Source of the DNA: Octopus sinensis
Taxonomy: Eukaryota
Direction: 5' to 3'
Length of the DNA: 64,000 bases
Assembly (NCBI RefSeq): GCF_006345805.1
Contig: NC_043005.1
Coordinates: forward strand, 21,576,001-21,640,000
A program made the position numbers and the translations under genes. How positions within the stretch are numbered: the first letter of the stretch is position 1; each line of letters begins with the position of its first letter. The notes under the pieces are model-generated. The model searched no databases and was not told the DNA's origin. It saw only the letters and a list, made by a program, of their open reading frames with translations. Shown here piece after piece: positions 50,960-61,869 of this stretch.

Positions 50960-53819
50960 GTAACATAAATGGCTTATTTCTTGTTCTCTCTGCCTATGTA
51001 ATTTTGTTTTAACTTTTTGTTAAATGCATTTGTCAGAGAAAGATTGATTGAATATTTGACAAGTTCCTCAGTGGTTGTGGTTGTTGGTGGGGGAACTCTA
51101 GTTATCCTCAGACCAGAGATCTCACAAATGCTTATAACAAAGTGGACATGGTCAATTCCACTGAAGGCCAAGGTAATGGTATTAAACTGGATGATGGATT
51201 AAGTCCACCAACCAAGAGCTGGAAGTGTGGACAGTTTTTTTCTCTCCTACCCTCTTCAATATAGTTCACATCCACCAAATTTCTTCTTCAAGGCTTAATT
51301 GTGAAGTGAATTTTTAACCATGCAGAAATAACTCTACCTGTACCTAATGTCTGACAAGAAAACTTACTATCTCCATAGCTATACTACAGCTCATCTTGAT
51401 AGATTTTCTCTTAACTTCTAGCAGGAAATTTCTCTTCCATATTTTGTGCTACCATCCAGAACTCTGTAAATATAATGTCTGAGTTTTTCTTTACTAAAAT
51501 GTAGCAATCCCCTAATACAGACTGCTGATGCCCCTGTTATCTTTCATTCAACTACCTATAATTATAATACTACTAATAACAATAATGGTTTCTGATTTAG
51601 GCACAAAGCAGTAGTTTTTAATGGATTGCATTTAGTCAAAACCATGAACACTGCTAATTGCCTGGCACATTGTTTTATTCATCCCCACAAGATTGAAAGC
51701 CAAATTTGACCTTGGTTTAATCTGAACTAATGGCCAAATGAGCCTGAATATTTATTGTAAAGCCTTTATTCTAATATTCTAATTAGTGCTCATCATCATC
51801 ATAATTTAAAAGCAATTTTCTATGCTGGCATGGGTTGGACAGTTTGATAGTGTCCAATGAACTGTAGAGCTGCATTAAACCCAATGTCATTTTTGACATG
51901 GTTTCCATGGCTGGATTTCTTTCCTAACACTAACCACTTTACAGTGTGTACTGGATCCCTTTCCTTGGTACTTGTGAGGTCACCAGTAGCTTGCAAGACA
52001 AAATAAAGAAAAGGTAACAAAATGCCCCCTAAGCTAAGTGGGAGTGTATTTGAGAGAGTGAGAGGTAGATTGGTGCTGTGTGTTGAAGGCTAAGGTATGA
52101 TAGAGTGACAAGCATAGGTGTCTTACTATGGAGAAGATGCACAACTACTCTATATTACGTGATGATGGGTAAGAGTAACTGGAAGAGAGATAAAGTTGGT
52201 GATAGAAGGGTACTAGATCTTGCTCTCAAGGTAAAAGATGATGAATATAAGGAAGAATATAGATTGTGGGTGAAGAAGAAAGAAAAGGATGGGTAATTTC
52301 ATAAGGATGTGGGAAGAGATTGGGCTAGAAGTGGGTGTTCAGAGTGATAAAAGAAGGTGAAGCTCTGGTTACTAGGAAATACTGGTATGAAGAGAGAGGT
52401 GAGAGATAGAATTCACTCAAGAAGGAGGAGGTGATGAGTAGAGTAGCATATATTTTACTGTATTCATCTCAAAGAGGACTGTCCAAGCACTTCCATGACT
52501 GTAGATCATATTTAGGACCAAGAGAGCCCTTTGGTAGCACTGCTAACCCAAGGGCTTCAGAAAGTTTCCCAATGTTATTACCTGAGCAAAAAGTCTTCCG
52601 AAACAAACTTATCAATTCATTGTCATTGATGACAATAGGAAACCTGAGATTATCATTACTTTATCCCACCATTAACCCTCAATAGATTGTTAGAGTGGAA
52701 CTTCCACCAATCCCATTGCCTGAGATATGTTTGATCCTGCATACTTTATCTTTGGAAATCCTTTGTTTTCCATTAGATAATGTGAAATGCCCTTTTTAAA
52801 TATGGTTGAGAGCGATTGATAGAGGTTTTGTTAATATTTCTAATATATTGGGCATCCAAATAGGGATTCCACAGTAAATATTGAACTTAATATTACAAGC
52901 TAACAGATCTGACACAGCTTATCCTCTGCTGTAAATTGTTGCTTGGTTCAACACCACCAAATGACACTTCAGGTGATCATGGTACACGATTGTTGGTCAC
53001 TGTATCTATATTTATTACATTATCGGGCATTCATATTGACTCACAACTGCTGATGTTGAACATGGACCACAGGAATCTCATAAACATAGAAAGAAGAGTG
53101 GCCACAGAATTTCATGAAATAACTGTTTCTGTCATGACTAGCTTATTAAAAGATACCATCTTGTTGTACTCAATTCTGTATGACACATAGCCAAATATAT
53201 TTAGAGAAAACAGTGAGATTGTGTGACTTCATGGGCACTAACTGTCTTTATAAAATGAAATTTTGTTGCACTGAGGATCAAACCCAGATCATTGACTGGC
53301 GTCACTTAATTCCTATTTATACTAAAAGAATACCCATGGCAAAATACTCAGTGTTACTTCCTGCATGGAAAAAAATAGCAATGTAACTACTCATTGAACC
53401 AAGATATTATGATCAATTAAAGATTCACTCTCAGCGTATGATGTGGGGAGGTTAAAATTATTACATAAGTGTCTTACTTTGGTCATGAAATTAAGAAGAG
53501 AGAGCCTTGTGAAGATAATCTCTCTTCTTTTATTCATTTCATTAAAAGTTAAATTTCCACGAATTAAAATTTCTTGGTTTGCTACTTTAAGTAGTGAGTG
53601 TCCATATTTACTACATAGTTATATGATTCACAAGATGGTTATGGAAGAGAAATGATTTTTGTTTTCCCACACAAACTTTTGCAAAATAGTAAAGTAGTGA
53701 GTTACACCCTTTTGCATTTACAGTTCAATTCCAAACAAGATGTGCTTCAGCTTTTATGATTCGATGGTTGATAAAGCAAATACTTGTCAAGTTCTGAGGT
53801 TGATTTATTTTCATTTATA

Positions 53820-55075
53820 TTGGGTTATCCCATAAATAATACTGTTTTCTCAATTGCATGAACTAAAAGTTATAGAGGAAGCTATAATGGGAGTAACAAA
53901 AGAGCTTATTTGGTATATTTTGCTTTATGAGTTCAATAAAGGCAACAACGCCATGGAAAGTGCAAAGAATATTAATGCAATATATGGGGATCGGACAATA
54001 AGTGCAAGCCAGTGTCTATGGTGGTTCCAGAAATTCCAAACCCAAAACTACAGCCTAGAAGACAATCCTCATCCTGGAAGATCTGTAGATCTCAACAAGG
54101 ACGTCCTACAAACCCTGGTGGAACAAAATCCCATCGTAACTGTTGAGGAACTAGCAGAGAAGCTTGGATGTGGCAAGTCAACCTTTCATGAAAACCTGTA
54201 TGCCATCGGAAAAGTCAGCTAATTGGGTCAATGGGTTCCTCGCAAACTTTCCATGTCTAATCGATCACACAGTATGAATGAGTGATTTTCTTGCTGTCTC
54301 ATTTCACAAATGAATGTTTTTGGGACTGAATAGTGACTGATGATAAGAAATGGGTTCTCTATGAATATGTCAGGCACTGATGAGAGTGGGTAGGGAAAGG
54401 AGAAGCACTGCCACCCCAGGTGAAAGAAGATCTTCACCCATATAATGTAGTGAAATATATAGTCTGTACAATGTGTTGATTTGGTTGCATGTATGTTATT
54501 ACAAGAGTTCATACAGAGATGAAAGAATAAATACAAGATCTATATATTTACTACACCCACATAAGGTGTTATTACATGTTTGGTGGGATATAAAAGGTTT
54601 AGTCCACTTTGAACTTTTAAACCCAAATCAGATGATAACAAAGGACATCTACAACAAGCAGCTCGAACAGCTTAAATCAGCACTAGAAGGGAAACGACCA
54701 CATTTGGTTTCAAGATAATGCTCTAACACATACAGTGAGGATGACATTCCAAAGGCTGGAGCAGTTTGAATGAGAAATGATGCCCAACCCGCCATATTCA
54801 CTGGACATTACCCCATTTCCTTATCGTTTATTCTGCAGTCTTCAAAATCATTTGAACGGGAGAAATATGAATTCTGTAGATGAGGTTCAAGCAGTAATAG
54901 AGGAGTATTTTTTGTCACAGACAAGTGAATTCTGGAAGAGGGGCCTTGCAAGTCTACCAAATAGATGGAAGAGCATTGTGGAAAATGAAAGAGAGTATAT
55001 TTTAGAGTACAAAAGAACTTTGTTTATCTTAAATTTGAAAAATAGAAGAAGTATAAAAAAAAACACATTTTAAGT
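53820..55075 (+). mobile_element. Decayed mariner, same family as 20995-22242, opposite orientation
   Basis: TA|ttgggttatcccataaataat left TIR; ORFs 53854..54222 (HTH, QWVP), 54473..54718 (KVLLHVWWD) and 54777..55073 (PPYSLDITP); right TIR eroded. Confidence 0.88.
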
Positions 55076-55393
55076 TAGGAAATATTATCATTAATAATAT
55101 TGCTATCAATAATAATTATAACTATTCTTGTTGTTAAGGATGATACATTGACAGAATCATTTGAGCATCGGACAAACTGTGTTATAGCATTTGTTCAGGC
55201 ATCAGAGTTCAAATGCTGTTGATGTTAACTTTACTCTTCTAGGGCCAATGAAATATGATACTGGTCAGGATTAGTAGGCAATTTCATTGATAAATTCCAG
55301 CCTCAAAGTTTTGTCTTAATTTCTATGATGGATTATCATTTATTTTGCGGTAGGTGTTATTGTTTATTGGTTTCAATTTTACTTTAATTCCAG

Positions 55394-55633
55394 ATACTCA
55401 GATACATTTTGTGAAAGTAAAAGGTGCAGCTCTTGCTGTACCTGGCAAAATATTTTGGAATAAGGAAAATGTAACAGTAAAAGGCTGTGCAGAAAAGTGT
55501 TTATCTGTCCCAAATTGCTTATCATTTGAAATAAATAAAGTAAATGGGAAATGTTTCTTATCAAAGCAAGCTGCAAGTTCCTCCAAGAATATGAAAACAG
55601 ACTCAAGCAAAGATTACTACCAACGAGTAAAAT
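55394..55633 (+). CDS. Exon B4: Lys-rich PAN/Apple domain, subtype B (240 nt, phase 1-1)
   Basis: ttccag|AT ACT CAG...GTA AAA T|gtaatt; TQIHFVKVKGAALAVPGKIFWNKENVTVKGCAEKCLSVPNCLSFEINKVNGKCFLSKQAASSSKNMKTDSSKDYYQRVK. Confidence 0.9.
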
Positions 55634-55960
55634 GTAATTATTCTTTGTATTTTATTATTGAAATTATCCTCTCCTCTTCTTACGAAATTTGTGATTCCAT
55701 TTGAATTTCTTTGAATAATTATGGACAACTATTTCTGTAAAGACATTGATAGGTTCATCTATAACACTAAGCATAAACATTTTCCTGTAAAAGAAAAACA
55801 ATATTAAGAACTGTAAATACTCCTAAGACATTGTCATACAGCATTTGTTCACCTTGAACATTCCTGTGAATGTTTTCAGTTGTTTGTGTGTGTGTATTTC
55901 TGTGTCTGTCTGTGTGTAAGAAAGGAAATTATTGTTCTTTTTCTTAAAACCAAATGGTGA

Positions 55961-55961
<1 letters not shown>

Positions 55962-55993
<32 letters not shown>

Positions 55994-56080
55994 CAGCAGC
56001 AGCAGCAGCAGTAGTAGTAGCAGCAGCAGCAGCAGCAGTAGTAGCAGCAGCAGCAGTAGTAGTAGCAGCAGCAGCAGCAG
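55962..56080. repeat. Compound (AGT)n/(AGC)n microsatellite
   Basis: Directly visible. Confidence 0.97.
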
Positions 56081-56699
56081 ATTTCATTCATTCTACATGT
56101 TGACAATGTCTCACTCCTGCTTGTGCTACTTAATCCAATATACAGAATTACAGAAAAAGTAATACCAAGCTGTTGTTGTGCATTTCCTATATTTTCTCAT
56201 GGTTAATATAGCAAGATACCCCTCATGTCACCAACCATTATACCACATGAAGAGAGTACATTTTCCCATACTTCTAGAATCAGAGGAGTTATCTGCAGAG
56301 ACAAAAGAAAAGTTTCTGCTTAAAGAACAACACAGCAAAGAAAATCATTCAGTGTAGCTCAAGGATTTTATCCTTTCCTGTTGAAATTCTTCCTTACTGA
56401 AATCCTGGACATAAGAAGAAATTTGCAAGTATTAGTGATCCAGTATTCAAATATTCATGGTTGCCAGGATGTCGTTGATTATGATCAGACTTTCTGGCTC
56501 AAAAATAAAATGTGGGATCCATTTCTCTGAATATTTATGTGGAACTTTAACTGAGCTGAAGTTGCAGATTTCACTCCAATATTCATTCTTGGCACTCTCA
56601 AGAAGTTCAAGCACATTCACAGATCAGGTTTATACAGAGGTAAAATTCCAGCAATTTCAATAATATGAACAGCAATGACATGAAAAGGTTTAGCAAGAA

Positions 56700-57480
56700 A
56701 TTGACATGAATCTTCAAAGAGTTTGATATAACCATAAGAATTACTACCAATCTAACTACGTTCAACAAAGTGGACATTACATTAGAATTAAAGTCTGGTA
56801 TCTTACAAAAAGCCTGACAAGGAGAACAGACATCTTCATTTGAGCTCCTTCTTCCAAGCTATAGTAAACCATTACATAAGAGAATCTCCAATTCATCCTC
56901 AAATTGAGATATTTGTGACAGCATCTAAAGATAGCTGTTAGCTAGGATTGGCTTTTGTGAGAAGTATAATAAGAGTATCTTCCACCAACACACTCGAAAA
57001 ATATTTAGAAAGAGGATAATTTGATTCAGTTCATCCTTCAAACTAAATGTCACCATGAACATAACAAGAGAATTTTTGTCTTCCATTTGACACAATTTCT
57101 CAGGCATGCATAAGTATCACAAGCTAGTTAATGCACATTGTGTTAAGTTTCATGTCTAGACATGACATATAGCATTCTATGCTACAGCAGGAAAATACAC
57201 TTATACAACCTTTATTGCAGACATCAACTTGCGTCTGTCAACATCACTCCACAGAATTCTGCCTTTTTACGACAGTAGTTTATAGAACAAACTTACTCCA
57301 CCTGATGAATTCCTAATGAATTTCATGGGACTCTTTCAGGGGAGTTTGAATCAGCATATATACTCCTTCAAGTTCATATATAGGAAAATTTCACCTCTCT
57401 TGCTCTGTTTTATTTGGGAAGTTCAGGAACAGGGAAATGATCTTCCCATATAACCTCAAGTATACTCACCACACCTACTC
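56700..57480 (+). mobile_element. Decayed Penelope-like element, paralog of 10175-10630
   Basis: Shared tttctcaggca...atcacaagct...tgttaa block. Confidence 0.6.
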
Positions 57481-57792
57481 CCTAATCAGAAAGCAATCTT
57501 TGTTTCACTGACTTGGCCATAGACTTAAAACAGTTTGTTGGGGGAAGATACAACTCCAGGATGCTCACTGTGAAACAGCACTGTGTATTTTAGGGTGCAG
57601 CACTTATAATGAGAAATGAAGAGAGAAACTATTTTGTGCTCTCACACTAACTGTGGATTTTATGCCATTATTGGGCCTTTGGCACTATATCAAATCATAC
57701 AAAGAGTAAAGCTGTAAATCAGGTTCCATTTCAAACACTAAAGTGCTCAAATGCACCTTGCAGAAAATTTGGAATATAATATTTATGCTTAA

Positions 57793-60700
57793 CTAGCAAA
57801 GATACCCGGCATTGCCCGTGTTACATACAATTGAAGAATTAGACTTTTCTGTTATACTTTCTCTAATGAACTGGAATATCTATGTTTCGATTTTCATCAA
57901 AATTGCAGATGAAGGTTATTTCCCTCTTCACACACTCCCAAAAAATTGTAATCGTCCCATATGTATCCCATGCTACTGATTTTTATGTGCATATTCCAAA
58001 ATTCCAGTCTTATTGAACATGCTAAAAAGATATTGCTCCTGAAAAATGAAGGTCATGGAGCTCTAAAATGTGAGAGTTAAGGCCCCTGTTGGGGGTGGCA
58101 TCTTAATGTCAACCAGAGAAGTTATCTCTCCATTTCTCCTCTCTGTCTATGTCACTCCTTTGTGTTCCATCTTTTACGGTACGTCGCCAATCTTTACAGT
58201 TACTGGCAACTGCTTCCCAGTGGGTAATATTGATGTTGCAGGCATTCATGTCTGTTTTGCAAACATCCTTGTATCATAAGAACAGTCTTCCCACAGACCA
58301 AGTGCCCCTCGCAAGCTCTTCGAAGAGTATGTCCTTGGGGATTCTGCCATCTTCCATACAGGTAACATGTCCATCCATCTCATACGTCTTTGTGTGAGGA
58401 GTGCAAACATGCTTCGTATTCCTGCTTGCTTGAGGACATCTTTGTTGGGGACATGATTCAGCCATTTAATGTGAAGGATTTTCTGGAGGCAGTGCAGGTG
58501 AAAGATATTTAGGCAACGCTCTTGGCGTGTGTATGGCGTCCAAGTCTTACTTGGACATGCCTGGTAAATCTTCCTTTTTGTGGTCTTGGTTAGCTTATTG
58601 TTGTCCCATGCCTGTTTCGAGAGTTGGGCCATCACAGCAGCTGCCTTGCCAATGCGTAAATTGAGCTCAGCATCAAGGGATAGGTTGTAGGTGACGGTAG
58701 AGCCAAGATAGGTAAACTTCTCTACCTCCTGTAGTATGTGGTCTCCGATATGTATGTTTCAGATGTCCGATGGAACCTGACCCATGATGTTGGTCTTCTT
58801 GAGGCTGATAACTAAGCCAAAGTCGCTACATTCTTGCTCAAAACAGTTGATGAGCCTTTGTAGGGCTTCTTCTGTGTGATACCAGAGCGGCATCATCAGC
58901 AAATAGCATCACCTTGATGAGGACGCTTCTGATTTTGGTCTTGGCATGCAGATGCGAGAGATTGAACAGTTTCCCGTCACTTCTACTGTGCAGAAACACT
59001 CCATCATCTGATGTCTCAAAGGCATGTGACAGCAGCAGTGAGAAGATGCCAAATAATGTAGGAGCGAGGACACAACCTTGCTTTACCCCGTTTTTTATTT
59101 GGAAGGCGGCTGATGTTGAACCATTGTGCTGTATGGTGCCTTGCATAGCATCATGGAAAGATTTGATGATCCTCAGCAGCTTTGGTGGACATCTGATTTT
59201 TTGGAGCAGGATGAAGAGGCCTTTTCTACTTACCAATCTACTTGTCCAATCAATGAAGGCCATATATACTGGCCTTTTCTGCTCTCTGGACTTCTCCTGA
59301 AGTTGGCGTATGGAGAATATCATGTCAGTAGTTGATCTGCTTCTTCTAAAGCCACACTGCGATTCTGGATAAATTCGAGAAGCAAGCAGTTGTAGCCTGG
59401 ACAGGATAATGTGAGCAAAAGCCTTTCCAACAGTTCTTAGAAGAGATATTCCATGGTAATTGTTACAATCACCATGGTCAACTTTGTTTTTGTAAAGTGT
59501 AATGATATTAGCATCCCACATATCCTGAGGGACCGTACCCTCTTCCAAGACTGTGACACAGAAGCTCATGAAGGTGCCGAAGCAGGATGGTGTTTTTTCC
59601 GGTTTTGATGATCTCTAATGGGATACCGTCTTTTCCCGGAGCCTTGTTACTTGCTAGAGAGTTGGTGAGCTCTGCTATAGATGGCAAGATCTTGACACCC
59701 TCGATTGCAACCTCACCTACTGTGGTCTCTCATGAGTAGAGATCCTGGTGGTACTCCACCCATCTATCCCTTTGTTTGCTTTGGTCCTTGATGAGATCTC
59801 CAGTAGTTGATTTCAGAGGGGCTGACTTGGTTGTGGATGGATCGAGGGCCTTCTTCAAACCGGCATACATCTCACGGGTGTCACCACTGTCAGCAGCTGA
59901 CTGGATACTCTGACAGATTTCCTGCCAATACCTATTTGCACAGCATCTGGCAGTCAGTTGGGTTTTATTTCTTGCTTTTCTGAGTTCTTCGTGTGACTTT
60001 GTAGAAGAATCACTCTTGTATTGCATCAGAGCTGCACGCTTTGCTTCTATAACTGTTTCCAGCTTTGAGAGCCCAGCACTGAACCAATCTGGGTTTTGCC
60101 TTTCTCTCATGCTGAAAGTCTCTATTGATGTGGTATACAAAGCTTCCCTGATATAATTCCACCTACTTTCAGCAGAGGACATTGGGCAGCTACTGAGGGC
60201 AACCTTGATAGAAACAGCAAAACATTTTCGCAGAGTAGGGTCCGAGGTTCTGGCAGTGTTAATGCGTGGTCGGCCCATTTTCTTGAAGTGATGGACTTTT
60301 TTAGGCAGAATCCTCACCCTGCTTCTTATTAGTGAATGATCTGTGTCACAATCTGCGCTCTGGTAACTATGGGTCAGTTGAACAAAATTCAGAAAGGATC
60401 TTCGTGTAATGATGAGATCCAGCTGATGCCAGTTGTGAGATCTTGGATGTCTTCAAGATGACTTGTGGGATGTCTTGTTGGCAAAGAATGTGTTGGTGAT
60501 GCACATATTATGGTATGTGCTAAATTCAAGTAGTCTCTGACCATTGTCATTCACGTTGCCAATACCAAAACACATACACTTACATATATACATACATATA
60601 CATACAGTTGATTTCTTTTAGTTTCTGTCTACAAAATCCACTGACAAGGCTTTGGTTGGTCTCAGGCTATAGCAGAACACACAAGCCAAGTTACCACACA

Positions 60701-61245
60701 GTGGGACTGAACTGGAGACCATGTGTTTTGGAACCAAGTTTGTTACCATACAGCCATACCTGCACCTATGTATGTGTAGGTGTGTGTGTTTGTGTATGTG
60801 TGTATGGCAGTATATATGTATGCATTATATTATATGTATATATATGTGTGCATATTACATGTACATCTATATATATACATCTAGACATACATGTATACAT
60901 ATACATGTATATCTATAGAAATATATCTATATATATACATGTATACATATACAAGTATATATATACATGTATATATATATATATATATACATCCATATAC
61001 ACACAACAGAGAGATGCTTTTGTTTCACTTTTAACACGTAATACTGAAATAGTGGAGAAGATGTGATATTGCTGTGGGCTCGCCCTAGGCATGAAGTTAA
61101 ACATTTCTTTTGCCCATGACACTACATGGACCCTAAGTAAGGCATGTGTAAAATTTGAATGAAATTGGTTGTGTAGTTCTCACGTTTTAGGGATTCACAG
61201 TCAGATAGACAGACAGACACACATTCTCAGTTTTATATATATAGA
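57793..61245 (-). mobile_element. Non-autonomous Helitron split by a nested RTE LINE, a SINE and microsatellites
   Basis: Minus strand A|TCTATATATATAAAA...(GACA)n...CACGGGCAATGCCGGG hairpin...CTAG|T; the empty paralogous site atgcttaa|ttcct at 1221-1233 shows no target-site duplication. Confidence 0.8.
58050..60570 (-). mobile_element. RTE (BovB-like) LINE: APE endonuclease C-terminus + RT, frameshifted
   Basis: NGQRLLEF...HQLDLII...DTDHSLI; ORF 58838..59569 with QCGFR, GVKQGCVLAPTLF and MLFADD; ORFs 59730..60317 and 58246..58635. Confidence 0.92.
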
Positions 61246-61869
61246 TTCCTTTAGATTTAGCACACCATTTTCATGCTAATGTTACATATAATATTTATTG
61301 ATATAATACCATGTAATATAATATAAATGTATAAACAAAATCACAAATCAATGAATAGCAAGGTACAAATGTAAATGGTTCCTAACTTTCATCTAATTTG
61401 TCTTTACACACAAATTCATTACCATCTTTTTCTTATTTTGCTGATATTTGGAAAAATGTAAATTTTTATTATGTTTGAGAAATTTATTATGATTACGAGT
61501 GCTGAAAAACACCAATTACAACTGATAAATTGGCTGAGCTATGGTGTAGAGCAGAAATAAACAGAATTGGATCTGTACACAATTAAAGGAGAGAAGTACA
61601 AATGTATTATCTGCAGCTTAATTATGGAATCAAGGTTTCAAATAAGTCTGAAGGTGTTCTACAAATCATATGCATTCTGATTAGGGTGTCATTTTGCAGA
61701 TCAATTATTTGTTTATAATAAATCGACCATTTTCAAAATTATGCATCACATGCTTTACAGTATTTAATATATGCTAGGAAATATGTGTGTCTGCATGTGC
61801 ATTTGTGTGTGTGTGTTTGTATGGGTGGATGTGTATAAAATAAATTTCTTGTTTTCTATTTTGTTTCAG

